DNA of 30,661 nt from positions 1 to 30,661 of the forward strand of contig JAHFIE010000001.1 of NCBI GenBank assembly GCA_023246565.1, given 5' to 3'. Positions 1 through 8,884 of this stretch are shown one piece after another. This DNA comes from Candidatus Magasanikiibacteriota bacterium (GTDB lineage Bacteria > Patescibacteriota > Patescibacteriia > Magasanikbacterales > UBA922). A program made the translations under genes and the position numbers. Each line of letters starts with the position of its first letter. The first letter of the stretch is position 1. The notes under the pieces are model-generated. The model was not told the DNA's origin. It saw only the letters and a list, made by a program, of their open reading frames with translations, and ran no database searches.

Positions 1-72
1 CTTGCCGCGATTGAGTATATCAATCGTTGGAGTGAATAAATAAAAAAGTGTATTATCAAAATAAAGATGGAC

Positions 73-98
73 TCCCGACTTTCGTCGGGATAAACTCC
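73..98 (-). repeat. Copy of 26-bp palindromic submodule GGAGTTTATCCCGAyGAAArTCGGGA (also inside the 96-bp elements)
   Basis: tcccgactttcgtcgggataaactcc; its reverse complement matches 14452-14477, 18574-18599 and degenerate 18628-18653. Confidence 0.75.
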
Positions 99-181
99 TA
101 AAACTTTCTAAGTCCGATATTTATGAGGATCTTAGAAAAATTTTTGCAGGGAATCTTTATTTTGATTTCCTCAGTGTATTT

Positions 182-1732
182 ATGAATTTTATTTCAAAAT
201 ATCGTTATATTTTAATTTTAATTGGTCTTTTTTTACTTCAATTTTTGATAGTATCCCCCGTTGGAGAATTTCCCTTGAATGATGACTGGGTCCATGCTGA
301 AATGGTACACCATTGGGCCGAAACCGGGTCATTCCGCCTCAATCCCTACACCGGTCCCATGTTACATCTACTCATTGCGTTTGGTACTGGGCTAGTGAAA
401 ATCTTTGGATTTTCTTTTTTTATTTTACGTCTCAGTACGCTTGTTTTTACTCTTGGTATAATGATACTATTCTATCTTCTCCTCCATCATCTCACGAAAA
501 AATCTCTCTTAAGTTTTCTTGTAACACTCACCCTCTGGCTCAATCCTATTGTCTACAATCTTTCTTTTACCTTCATGACCGATATTCCGGCTTTATTTTT
601 TTTAATAGCTGGAATATACGTTGGAGTGGTTGCTTTTGAAAAAAATGATTCTCATTATGTTTTTCTCGCCGCAGTACTATCGGTTACTGGATTTTTTATC
701 CGTCAAACAAATATTCTTCTCCTACCAGCCATTGGTTTACCCATTCTTTTCTACAAACAATACCGATCCTGGCCCAATTTTATTGCTCTTGCCGTCCCCT
801 CTTTTGTATGGACCATAGTGTATTTCTATTTCCGACAAAAAAATCTTCTTCCTGGTGGACAAAGTCTTCATATCATCACCAATAAGTCCGAACTTCTGCG
901 ACATGCTTTTTGGTGGCTCTACTACACGATTATGTATGTCGGTCTTTTTACTCTACCCATCACCATAGGCATCAAAAAAATTAATAAAAAAACATTGTGT
1001 TTCATTGCTTTACTGCTTTGCATAGCAGCGGCTGTTTATTATTCGCGACAAGAATATTTCCCCTATGTTTCAAACATGGTTAACCGTTTTGGTCTTGGGC
1101 CTTTGAACGATGTACTCCAAGGAACTTATGTACCCCTCTTTCGTACCCGAATTTGGCTCGTAGTGACTGCACTCGCGGCCATAGGCAGCGGTCTCTTGTT
1201 TGCTACACTCAAAAAAAGTAAACCAGACTATGTATTCTTGTGGCTTTTTGTACTTTTTTTCATGATTCCCATTCTCGTATTCACCAGTTTTGATCGTTAT
1301 TTTTTACCATTGGCTGCTACATTCTTGATAGTCATAACAGCCAGCCTTAGCGAAACACCTTTACGATATTACCCAGGCTTTATTGTGCTCGGAATAATGG
1401 CCTTCTACAGTATGAGTCAAACACAATTTTATATGGAATGGAATAAAACTCGATGGGAGCTGGCTGAACGAGCGGTAAAGGGTTATGATTTAAAAACGAA
1501 TCAAGTGGAAGCTGGTTATGAATGGGATGGATGGCATGAATATTGGAACGCCCAGTCAAACCGTGCTCATCGTGGTCCTATTGGATCACCATGGTGGAAC
1601 AAATCATTGATTCCCAATAATACCCTTGAATACATAGTAAGTGCTTCCCCGCTCCCCGGATATGCCATCGTGGATCATCGCATTGTACTGGGCCGGAATC
1701 CAAACCAAAATTTATATTTACTCAAAAAATGA
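182..1732 (+). CDS. Integral membrane glycosyltransferase, GT39/ArnT/PMT_2-like (GT-C fold)
   Basis: 516 aa, many TM segments; N-terminal loop FPLNDDWVHA with acidic DD pair; MTDIPALFF motif typical of GT-C enzymes. Confidence 0.7.
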   Translation: MNFISKYRYILILIGLFLLQFLIVSPVGEFPLNDDWVHAEMVHHWAETGSFRLNPYTGPMLHLLIAFGTGLVKIFGFSFFILRLSTLVFTLGIMILFYLLLHHLTKKSLLSFLVTLTLWLNPIVYNLSFTFMTDIPALFFLIAGIYVGVVAFEKNDSHYVFLAAVLSVTGFFIRQTNILLLPAIGLPILFYKQYRSWPNFIALAVPSFVWTIVYFYFRQKNLLPGGQSLHIITNKSELLRHAFWWLYYTIMYVGLFTLPITIGIKKINKKTLCFIALLLCIAAAVYYSRQEYFPYVSNMVNRFGLGPLNDVLQGTYVPLFRTRIWLVVTALAAIGSGLLFATLKKSKPDYVFLWLFVLFFMIPILVFTSFDRYFLPLAATFLIVITASLSETPLRYYPGFIVLGIMAFYSMSQTQFYMEWNKTRWELAERAVKGYDLKTNQVEAGYEWDGWHEYWNAQSNRAHRGPIGSPWWNKSLIPNNTLEYIVSASPLPGYAIVDHRIVLGRNPNQNLYLLKK

Positions 1733-2055
1733 TATACTTATCGTATATGCTCCTCGAAAAAATCCTTCCCTACCTCCCGGTTTCAATAACTGAAACTCTG
1801 GTTTATGTAGCCGCAATGAGTGGTTGTATTCTTCTTACCTATGGAATTTTTTTAGAAGTGGAACGCCGTCAAGATTTGGTTATTATGATCGGTGCTGCTT
1901 GTTTGTTTGTCTATGCACTTTTTATTCATAATATAATTTTTATGCTGGCCATGGGTGGTGTGGGAATCGCTTCAGTCATTGAATTTATTGAAATTTACAC
2001 TGGCCTCCACAAACACAGCCCCGAAGATCTGGCCCGCTATAAAAAACTTCGTTAA
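1729..2055 (+). CDS. Small multi-pass membrane protein, unknown function (start may be 1747)
   Basis: About 3-4 hydrophobic helices; ATGA overlap with upstream gene; 2 nt from next gene. Confidence 0.7.
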   Translation: MIYLSYMLLEKILPYLPVSITETLVYVAAMSGCILLTYGIFLEVERRQDLVIMIGAACLFVYALFIHNIIFMLAMGGVGIASVIEFIEIYTGLHKHSPEDLARYKKLR

Positions 2056-2057
2056 TT

Positions 2058-3038
2058 ATGAATAACACTTTTACCATCACCACCATTGGCGACGCAACAC
2101 TGGATACTTTTTTAGATATTCACGAGGCAAGTGTGCACTGTGATGTTAATAAAAAGAAATGTCAGCTTTGTTTTAATTACGCGGACAAAATTCCCATTCA
2201 CGATGCTCGACAATCTATTGGTGGTGACGCGGCAAATGTAGCTGCGGGGTTAAAAAAACTGGATCAAACAACAGCCATAGTTACTGAATTGGGGAATGAT
2301 GTTAATGGTAATTATATCGCAGAAGAACTGGATGAAGCAGGAGTAAACACTGATTATATAAGAATGGTTCAGGGCGCAATCACCCGCTATTCAGTCGTGC
2401 TAACGTACCAAGGCGAACGCACGATTCTTGCGTATCATCCCAAGCAAAAATATACAACATTCACCATACCAAAAAGTACGGCATGGATTTATTTTACATC
2501 GCTCGGTCAAGGATCAGAAAAAATTCAAGATGCAGTTTCGAAGTATGTTAAAAAAAATCCAAAAACAATGCTTGCTACCAATCCTGGTAGTTATCAATTA
2601 CGCGATGGTTTATCCTATTATAAAAAAATTATTCCCCAATCAGAAGTAATTTTTCTTAATCGCGAAGAAGCAGAAATAATCGTGGGGAAAAATAATAATA
2701 CAAAAAAATTAATCAAAACAGTAGGAGCACTCGGTCCTAAGATTGTTGTGATAACCGATGGCGAACGCGGTTCTTACGCGTTCGATGGCACACACGTTTA
2801 TCATCATAACAATTATCCGGTACAGGTTGTTTCAAAAACCGGAGCCGGCGACGCGTATGCTTCAGGATTTCTTGGTGCTGTGATAGCAAAAAAAGACGTT
2901 CCTACTGCCATGCAATGGGGTACAGCAAATGCTGCCGGTGTTATCCAAAAATACGGCGCGCAAGCAGGACTCCTCAATCCAACTGCAATAAAGAAAATGA
3001 TCCAACATTATTCTTCTATCAAATCAGAAATAATATAG
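2058..3038 (+). CDS. PfkB/ribokinase-family carbohydrate kinase
   Basis: N-terminal GGDAANVAAGL and C-terminal KTGAGDAYASGF PfkB signatures. Confidence 0.9.
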   Translation: MNNTFTITTIGDATLDTFLDIHEASVHCDVNKKKCQLCFNYADKIPIHDARQSIGGDAANVAAGLKKLDQTTAIVTELGNDVNGNYIAEELDEAGVNTDYIRMVQGAITRYSVVLTYQGERTILAYHPKQKYTTFTIPKSTAWIYFTSLGQGSEKIQDAVSKYVKKNPKTMLATNPGSYQLRDGLSYYKKIIPQSEVIFLNREEAEIIVGKNNNTKKLIKTVGALGPKIVVITDGERGSYAFDGTHVYHHNNYPVQVVSKTGAGDAYASGFLGAVIAKKDVPTAMQWGTANAAGVIQKYGAQAGLLNPTAIKKMIQHYSSIKSEII

Positions 3039-3042
3039 AATA

Positions 3043-3062
3043 ACCCCCATTTAATTGGGGGT
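3043..3062. terminator. Intrinsic terminator-like hairpin after the pfkB operon
   Basis: accccca-tttaat-tgggggt directly after stop at 3038. Confidence 0.6.
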
Positions 3063-3071
3063 AGTTTATCC

Positions 3072-3100
3072 TTGACACTGTCATACAACTGTATTACAGT
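3072..3100 (+). promoter_or_regulatory. Sigma70 promoter of TA operon overlapped by an inverted-repeat operator
   Basis: TTGACA (3072-3077), 17 bp, TACAGT (3095-3100); inverted repeat actgtcataca-ac-tgtattacagt (3077-3100, 1 mismatch). Confidence 0.75.
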
Positions 3101-3129
3101 TATCGTATAATCCTCATCAATATAATTGT

Positions 3130-3357
3130 ATGCGTCAAGTCATTAGTCTTTCACTCCCGTCGCAAGACGTAAAACGATTAAAATCAACCGTCAAAAAACG
3201 TGGTTATGATTCAATAAGTTCGTATATTAAAACGTTATTCCAGGCAGACGAACAATTAATTTCTGAAACTGAATTACTCAAAACTGTAAAGCACGCAGAG
3301 CGAGAATATAAGCAAGGTAAATCAATTAAGGCACGGTCAATCGCAGATCTAGTATGA
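3130..3357 (+). CDS. Ribbon-helix-helix (CopG-like) antitoxin, type II TA
   Basis: 75 aa; QVISLSLP beta-strand followed by helices (SISSYIKTL); ATGA overlap with downstream toxin. Confidence 0.75.
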   Translation: MRQVISLSLPSQDVKRLKSTVKKRGYDSISSYIKTLFQADEQLISETELLKTVKHAEREYKQGKSIKARSIADLV

Positions 3358-3626
3358 TCGTTACCACAATTCTTTATTCTTCCCAATTTGCGAAAGAGCT
3401 TCGCGTACTCCCCAAAGAAATTATTCTTCTAGCCATTAAAAAAGAACAACTTTTCCGAGACAATCCGCTCCATCCTTCACTTCGTCTTCACGCCCTCAAG
3501 GGGAAACTTGTTGGCCTATGGTCAATTTCTATCAGTGGAAACTACCGTCTCATTTTTAATCGTCAAAAAAATGGTACAATTCTTTTTATTTCTATTGGGA
3601 AGCACGATATATATAAAAATTTATAA
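3354..3626 (+). CDS. RelE/ParE-superfamily (YafQ/YoeB-like) mRNA interferase toxin
   Basis: 90 aa basic protein; HPSLRLHALKGKLVGLWSISISGNYRLIF and C-terminal IGKHDIY typical of RelE-like toxins. Confidence 0.85.
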   Translation: MIVTTILYSSQFAKELRVLPKEIILLAIKKEQLFRDNPLHPSLRLHALKGKLVGLWSISISGNYRLIFNRQKNGTILFISIGKHDIYKNL

Positions 3627-3662
3627 AATCCTTATTCATTCACTATATTTTGCAAATAAAAC

Positions 3663-3733
3663 AAAAACGACCCGTATCTCCTTACTGAATCTCCAAAATA
3701 ATTTAGAAATTCAGTATGGTTCGGGTCGTTTTT
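3663..3733. terminator. Long imperfect hairpin between convergent genes; possible bidirectional terminator
   Basis: aaaaacgacccg (3663-3674) / cgggtcgttttt (3722-3733) plus inner tactgaat (3683-3690) / attcagta (3709-3716). Confidence 0.65.
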
Positions 3734-3761
3734 GGTGGGAATGAACGGTTGGTACGGGGTG

Positions 3762-4433
3762 CTACCGCGAGATCGGGTCGCACACCCAGACGTTGTTGGG
3801 GAGCAGGCGGGCTCGAGAGTCGAAGTCGACCGACGACCAATACAGACAGTCGGGTCGGTAGCCGGCCATCCACATGGCCGCCTTCTCCTCCTTGGTGAAG
3901 GATGCTTCGATAGTTGTTCCCTGCGGAACTACGACATCGAACCCGCCTCTTACGAAGGACTGACGATCTTCCCCACAATGAGTGACCTTCGAAGGGACCG
4001 GGGTGATCCACTTGATGCCCTCGGGGATGTGCCAGGTCGTGCTCCGCACCTGGTCGAAGTGAGGGATCGAGATCGTCTCGGTCGGGATGCAGTTCTCGTC
4101 AATGCCGTCGACGTGGTTGTTGTCCTTGCCGTCGCACAGCTCGGGGGCGCCCGGGAAGACGGTTGAGTCGTAGTCGTCGCAGTCGCCGACCTCGAGAGCC
4201 GTCGGCGGAAGCTCGATAGCATCGACACACCGACTGAACTCTTCCTTAGAAGAGGCGTGGAAGAGCTTGCAGAGGTCGATCTGTCTCTCGAAGTTCTCCC
4301 AGTAGTCGAGGTCAGGTGAGGAAGCCGGAGCAGCCGCAGTGTTATCCTTCTTGTCGTTGACGAAGTAGCTGACGAGGTACACGAAGGCGAGGAGAATGAC
4401 GAGGCTACGCTGAATGAAAGCAATGGACTTCAT
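3762..4433 (-). CDS. GC-rich membrane-anchored exported protein with one putative metal-binding (MopE-like) motif
   Basis: ATG with AAGGAG RBS; N-terminal hydrophobic helix; DCDDYDSTVFPGAPELCDGKDNN..DGIDE; sampled line 4081-4140 is 36/60 GC. Confidence 0.7.
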   Translation of the reverse strand: MKSIAFIQRSLVILLAFVYLVSYFVNDKKDNTAAAPASSPDLDYWENFERQIDLCKLFHASSKEEFSRCVDAIELPPTALEVGDCDDYDSTVFPGAPELCDGKDNNHVDGIDENCIPTETISIPHFDQVRSTTWHIPEGIKWITPVPSKVTHCGEDRQSFVRGGFDVVVPQGTTIEASFTKEEKAAMWMAGYRPDCLYWSSVDFDSRARLLPNNVWVCDPISR

Positions 4434-4549
4434 GAGAAACTCCTTGTTCCGTGCTCGAATTTTAGGTCCTTGTGACCCTCAATCCAGCTTCTCTACCGGT
4501 ACATAGTACCGACACAAAAACTAAATTGATTATTTAAGAATGATTTTTC

Positions 4550-4607
4550 CAGACGGCAGATCTCGAGCGTTGCACGGTCACGTGCTTCGCGAGGTCTCTG
4601 CCGTCTG
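4550..4607. repeat. 58-bp bulged GC-rich hairpin 10 nt downstream of ORF 4618-4968
   Basis: cagacggcaga (4550-4560) / tctgccgtctg (4597-4607); inner gcacg-gtca-cgtgc; no U-tract in the gene direction. Confidence 0.75.
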
Positions 4608-4617
4608 AGGGAAGAGA

Positions 4618-4968
4618 TCACCAGCGGTGAATATAGACGTGGTGGAAGAGGAGTCCGCTGAAGAAGAAGAGGAGCCCGATGAGCAGATAGGTGATCCCTG
4701 CGACCACCCGGTACCCCACCGACTGACGTGGGGCTTCATCCATGAGGCCTGGGAATGCCGTCACCAGACCATAGAAGAGAAACCAGATTCCGGTCATCGC
4801 GAGAGAGATGCTCACGCCCCCCCTCATCGAACCAGTCCGGCCACCCTCGGAGGACTGGATGATCGGTCCCGGAAGACTGAGGAGAAAACCGAAGAGCAGA
4901 AACAAGGACCAGATCCCCATGACCACACTGAATTGCTTCAGCAGATCCCTTCCCAACTGGCGAAACAT
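4618..4968 (-). CDS. GC-rich small membrane protein (3 TM), unknown function
   Basis: 116 aa; GGAGG RBS before ATG; own consensus promoter at 5087-5115. Confidence 0.7.
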   Translation of the reverse strand: MFRQLGRDLLKQFSVVMGIWSLFLLFGFLLSLPGPIIQSSEGGRTGSMRGGVSISLAMTGIWFLFYGLVTAFPGLMDEAPRQSVGYRVVAGITYLLIGLLFFFSGLLFHHVYIHRW

Positions 4969-5086
4969 AGATCCTCCTTCCCTTTTTCAGGGATCAGCTC
5001 GCTTTCCAGGAATAATCCTAGATAATGAGCTAATCCCTTGTGCAGATGTAAAGAACCACAATTTCATGATCACTTAATAACAAAAG

Positions 5087-5115
5087 AGTATACCACAAAG
5101 TATACCCTTTGTCAA
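5087..5115 (-). promoter_or_regulatory. Consensus sigma70 promoter for ORF 4618-4968
   Basis: Minus strand TTGACA-aagggtatactttgtgg(17)-TATACT. Confidence 0.8.
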
Positions 5116-5127
5116 GAGATAAACGCA

Positions 5128-5155
5128 ATAAAACCGCTAATTTAAGCGGTTTTAT
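5128..5155. terminator. Intrinsic terminator ending the trmH-like operon
   Basis: ataaaaccgct-aattta-agcggttttat, 11-bp perfect stem with A/T tails. Confidence 0.8.
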
Positions 5156-5173
5156 ACTCTTTTAGGAAGACGC

Positions 5174-5536
5174 CTAAACAGTCCTTTGACCTCTTTTTTT
5201 CTTTTTAAAAAATCGTAAATCCATTTCCAGCTCTAAAATCTCTTTTTTTAGACCAGCTCTCCTTTCGATCTCATCAAGATGTAGGGAATCCAGAAGACTG
5301 TATCGAGTATCTAATTTTCTCTCAATTACTGCCATTTCCTCATCTGGATCCAATAATTCCCGATCTTTCTGACGTGATGATCCTGGTATGTCTTCTTCCA
5401 GGGCAAGCAAATCTGCCCGCAATTGTTCATTTACGACTTTTTTGTCATTTCCAAATCCTGATGCCCTCTCTGTATCTATTGGTAAAATTGGCTCCTTACC
5501 GGGCTGATTTTTTCTCCCCTGTTCTTCACCCATCAT
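5174..5536 (-). CDS. Hypothetical charged/coiled-coil protein
   Basis: 120 aa ORF with 4-nt overlap to upstream gene; ends at terminator. Confidence 0.6.
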   Translation of the reverse strand: MMGEEQGRKNQPGKEPILPIDTERASGFGNDKKVVNEQLRADLLALEEDIPGSSRQKDRELLDPDEEMAVIERKLDTRYSLLDSLHLDEIERRAGLKKEILELEMDLRFFKKKKRGQRTV

Positions 5537-6237
5537 ACTCTTATTTTTAAATCCCGCTTTCGCCCCTGAAAATGTTCATGGGCGCGGCAAAGGGCATCAT
5601 AATCAAATTGTGGTCCTAATTTCACTAACCCTAATTCAAAACCACGAATTTGTCCTTGAATTTCACTGGCAAGGGTAGGTTCATCAGTTTCACTTTCAGC
5701 CAATTCACGCAAATGTTGTAATTCACTAGAAATCCGTCCAGATAATTCATGATAATGCGCCACCCGTTCCTCGTACCATGTTCGATCATTAATTAAAGCT
5801 GCCTGGCGCGCGAATGTTCGAACATCACAATGAATATCAACCAATATCTGATGGAGTTCAATCCGTTCTTCAGCAGTAAACAAAGGAGCAATAGCTCCTG
5901 TGTACAATGCTCTCCACGTACCACCGGTTTGTACATAGTGCTCATACGTTCGCCGGAGTCCGTACGAGGCTTTTTGACGCAATAATTTTTCTCCGAGTTC
6001 AGCTTCATAACGGCCACACAATTCTTCAAACGCTTGGGTGTAAGGCCACAACAATTTTCCAAAGGTAATAATTAAATCTTCAATATCAAGCGCTGATCGA
6101 TTATGATCAACCGTAAGATCATTCAAGGTAGTTTGTAATTCTGCTACTACATTACGAGGAACAAGGGGAGGTATATTAAAATACATTCTTTCCAGAAGTT
6201 TCGTTGTGTATTCATTTGTGGCATGAACATAATCCAT
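5533..6237 (-). CDS. Hypothetical helical protein
   Basis: 234 aa ORF in operon context; no recognised motif. Confidence 0.7.
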   Translation of the reverse strand: MDYVHATNEYTTKLLERMYFNIPPLVPRNVVAELQTTLNDLTVDHNRSALDIEDLIITFGKLLWPYTQAFEELCGRYEAELGEKLLRQKASYGLRRTYEHYVQTGGTWRALYTGAIAPLFTAEERIELHQILVDIHCDVRTFARQAALINDRTWYEERVAHYHELSGRISSELQHLRELAESETDEPTLASEIQGQIRGFELGLVKLGPQFDYDALCRAHEHFQGRKRDLKIRV

Positions 6238-6267
6238 ATAATGGAAGTATACAGCAATTCCAGACTC

Positions 6268-6753
6268 TTAAAAAGTTTTTTTGGTAGATAGTGCTTTCCC
6301 AATCACATACAACGCAATACCCGCAGCCACACTCACATTCAAACTTTCCTTTTTACCTCGCATAGGAATATGCACCACATGATCACATAATGATAAAATA
6401 TCCGTTGCCACACCATCAACTTCATTACCCACAATGAGAGCCAGAGGAAAATCAAAAGAAACATTCCCAATTTCTTCACTTGTTTCTGTTTTTTCAAGAG
6501 CAACCAGATATACACCTTGCTTTTTAAGCCGTTTAATCAAACGTTCTGTATCTTGGTAGTGTTTCCATGGCATCCATTGTTCTGCTCCAAGGGAAACTTT
6601 ATCAATCTGTGGTTTGGGTGGTGTTGCTGTGTAACCAGTCAAATATATTTGCCCAACACCGCAAGCATCAGCAGTCCGAAACATCGCACCCACATTGTGG
6701 CACGAACGAATATCAGGAAGAATAAGAGAAAAATTTGGGATGATGCGTACCAT
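6268..6753 (-). CDS. SpoU/TrmH-family RNA 2'-O-methyltransferase (SPOUT)
   Basis: HNVGAMFRTADA, VGNEVDG and IPMRGKKESLNVSVAAGIALY motifs. Confidence 0.92.
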   Translation of the reverse strand: MVRIIPNFSLILPDIRSCHNVGAMFRTADACGVGQIYLTGYTATPPKPQIDKVSLGAEQWMPWKHYQDTERLIKRLKKQGVYLVALEKTETSEEIGNVSFDFPLALIVGNEVDGVATDILSLCDHVVHIPMRGKKESLNVSVAAGIALYVIGKALSTKKTF

Positions 6754-6866
6754 AAGAATATAAAGTACATAACCTTATCATTCTACTCATACCACAATAA
6801 ATTGCAAATCAACACTTGCCCTTTTAGAACTTGTGTCGTACAATACTATCGTTCCTTATTTCACCT

Positions 6867-7862
6867 ATGAAAAGTCTCAATCAATTTGTTCGAGAATTTC
6901 TTGAACACTTAGAAATTGAAAAAAATAGAAGCCTGCAAACCATCCGTAATTATGAATTTTACCTTGGTCGCTTTGTTGAATGGTTTGGAGATAAAAATCC
7001 GAGTTCAATCAGCGCGGATAAAGTCCGAGAATACCGTTTGTGGCTCAATCGTCTCATTGATGTTCATGGTGATCCTCTGAAAAAAAATACTCAGAATTAT
7101 CATCTCATTGCACTGCGATCATTTTTAAAATATTTAGGTAAACGTGATATTGAAACCTTGTCAGCGGAAAAAATTGAACTCATGAAAATGCCAGATCGAG
7201 AAGTATCGTTTCTTGAAGGCACGGATTTGAGTAGAATTCTGGAAGCCCCCCTACAAATACAGACCCATACAAAAGAATCAGACAACAATCAACTACTCAA
7301 CAATGAAACAAAAATAAAATATCGTGATAAAGCAATCTTAGAAATGTTATTTTCCACAGGCCTCCGCGTATCCGAACTTATTAATTTAAGACGTGATTTA
7401 GTGAATCTTAAAAAAGAAGAATTCACGGTCATGGGGAAAGGGCGCAAATCACGTATTGTATTTGTGTCTGACCAAGCCAGGTATTGGCTCAAAAAATATC
7501 TGGACACACGGGGTGATCTTAATCCATTTCTTTTTATTTCATACGACAAACGCACGAGTAAAAATACTACGGCAAAAAAAGGAACATTGGAGATTGATGA
7601 ACAACCACTAACGCCGCGTTCAATTCAAAGAATTGTGCAAAAATACGCCAAGGTCGCGGGTATTACCAAATCAGTCACGCCACACACGCTCAGACATTCT
7701 TATGCCACTGACCTTTTGCAAGGTGGGGCAGATATTCGTAGTGTGCAAGCAATGCTTGGCCATTCTTCCATCACCACCACACAAATTTATACGCACATTA
7801 CGGACAAAGAATTACGCACGATTCATAAAAAATTTCATGGAAAAAAACGTGGCACTGATTGA
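6867..7862 (+). CDS. Xer-family tyrosine recombinase (XerC/XerD-like)
   Basis: SAM-like N-domain; catalytic R (TGLRVSE), K (VMGKGRK), HxxR (HTLRHS), H (LGH), Y (TTQIY); ATG 6867 preferred over track start 6831; upstream TTGCCC-17-TACAAT. Confidence 0.9.
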   Translation: MKSLNQFVREFLEHLEIEKNRSLQTIRNYEFYLGRFVEWFGDKNPSSISADKVREYRLWLNRLIDVHGDPLKKNTQNYHLIALRSFLKYLGKRDIETLSAEKIELMKMPDREVSFLEGTDLSRILEAPLQIQTHTKESDNNQLLNNETKIKYRDKAILEMLFSTGLRVSELINLRRDLVNLKKEEFTVMGKGRKSRIVFVSDQARYWLKKYLDTRGDLNPFLFISYDKRTSKNTTAKKGTLEIDEQPLTPRSIQRIVQKYAKVAGITKSVTPHTLRHSYATDLLQGGADIRSVQAMLGHSSITTTQIYTHITDKELRTIHKKFHGKKRGTD

Positions 7863-7928
7863 CAAAAAGTATTATTCAAGTACAATAAAAATTCAAAATT
7901 AGAATCTTTTATAGTTAACAATATCCAT

Positions 7929-8003
7929 GTCCCTGTAGTTCAATGGATAGAACGAGAGCCTTCTAAGCTTTAGATCGTGGTTCGATTCCACGCGGGGACA
8001 CCA
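7929..8003 (+). tRNA. tRNA-Arg(UCU)
   Basis: Acceptor gtccctg/cggggac, anticodon loop cttctaa, T-loop ttcgatt, encoded CCA. Confidence 0.95.
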
Positions 8004-8032
8004 GATGAAATTTACTCTTAAACTACTGTCAT

Positions 8033-8767
8033 ATGCCTACACTGATTGCTGTCATCGTCATCATCATTCTCGCCAGTATCCGTCAGGTGAATCAGTATCA
8101 ACGCGGGGTAAAATTTCAACTCGGAAAATTTATTACTGTTGTTGAACCCGGTTGGCGATTGATTTTTCCTATTTTTCAGAGTATGACCAAAGTGGACATG
8201 CGAGTAAAAGCTGTTGATGTTCCCTACCAAGAAGCCATTACGCGTGACAATGTTTCAGCAAAAATCAATGCAGTAATTTATTACCAAGTCAGTGAGGCGA
8301 GCAAAGCAATTCTAGAAGTGGAAAATTTTTGGTCCGCAGTGAATCAAATGGCGCAAACTACGATGCGCAATGTTATTGGCGAACTTGAACTTGATGAACT
8401 TTTGGCCAACCGCGAACAAGCTGCAAAACGAATCAAAGAAATTGTTGATGTTACCACAGAAACATGGGGAATAAAAGTGTTGAGTGTTGAACTCAAAGAT
8501 ATTGTTTTACCCGATGACATGCAGAGAGTCATTGCTCGACAAGCCGAAGCTGAACGTCAAAAACGAGCAGTAATTATTGAATCAAGTGGTGAAGTAATCG
8601 CGGCTGAAAATCTAGCAAAAGCAGCCAGTATTTTATCTTCTGCACCGGGAGCCCTTCATCTTCGTACATTAAACAGTATTAATGATATTAGTTCTGACCA
8701 ATCAAATACTATTGTTTTCGCGGTTCCTTTGGAAATATTGCGCGCGTTTGAGCGGAAGGAATCATAA
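8033..8767 (+). CDS. SPFH/band-7 (stomatin/slipin-like) membrane protein
   Basis: N-terminal TM; EAITRDNVSAKINAVIYY, AQTTMRNVIGELELDELL, MQRVIARQAEAERQKRA motifs. Confidence 0.92.
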   Translation: MPTLIAVIVIIILASIRQVNQYQRGVKFQLGKFITVVEPGWRLIFPIFQSMTKVDMRVKAVDVPYQEAITRDNVSAKINAVIYYQVSEASKAILEVENFWSAVNQMAQTTMRNVIGELELDELLANREQAAKRIKEIVDVTTETWGIKVLSVELKDIVLPDDMQRVIARQAEAERQKRAVIIESSGEVIAAENLAKAASILSSAPGALHLRTLNSINDISSDQSNTIVFAVPLEILRAFERKES

Positions 8768-8788
8768 ATATTCAAAACACTAATTATA

Positions 8789-8812
8789 AAGCCGTCCTGA
8801 TGAGGGGCGGTT
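8789..8812 (+). terminator. Intrinsic terminator after SPFH gene
   Basis: aagccgtcc-tgatga-ggggcggtt followed by T-run. Confidence 0.6.
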
Positions 8813-8815
8813 TTA

Positions 8816-8845
8816 TTGACATATCTGATCATAAATTGCTACTGT
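8816..8845 (+). promoter_or_regulatory. Probable sigma70 promoter of the MFS gene
   Basis: TTGACA (8816-8821), 18 bp, TACTGT; GGAGG RBS before ATG 8885. Confidence 0.5.
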
Positions 8846-8884
8846 AGACCAAATTCAGCACAGGCTGCTGACGGAGGGATAGCA

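Noticed and set aside
4497-4511. Palindrome cggtac-ata-gtaccg upstream of ORF 3762-4433 as a shared cassette operator
   Set aside because: Only 6 bp per arm and no matching copy at the other cassettes
3703-5077. Alternative ORFs 3732-4166, 3950-4423, 4627-5025 and 4808-5077
   Set aside because: Expected stop-poor shadow frames in GC-rich DNA; the chosen ORFs have RBS, promoter or TM signatures
6867-7862. Recombinase as an integron integrase (IntI) serving the GC-rich cassettes
   Set aside because: No evident IntI-specific insertion; cassettes are dispersed rather than arrayed; hairpins lack RYYYAAC/GTTRRRY boxes
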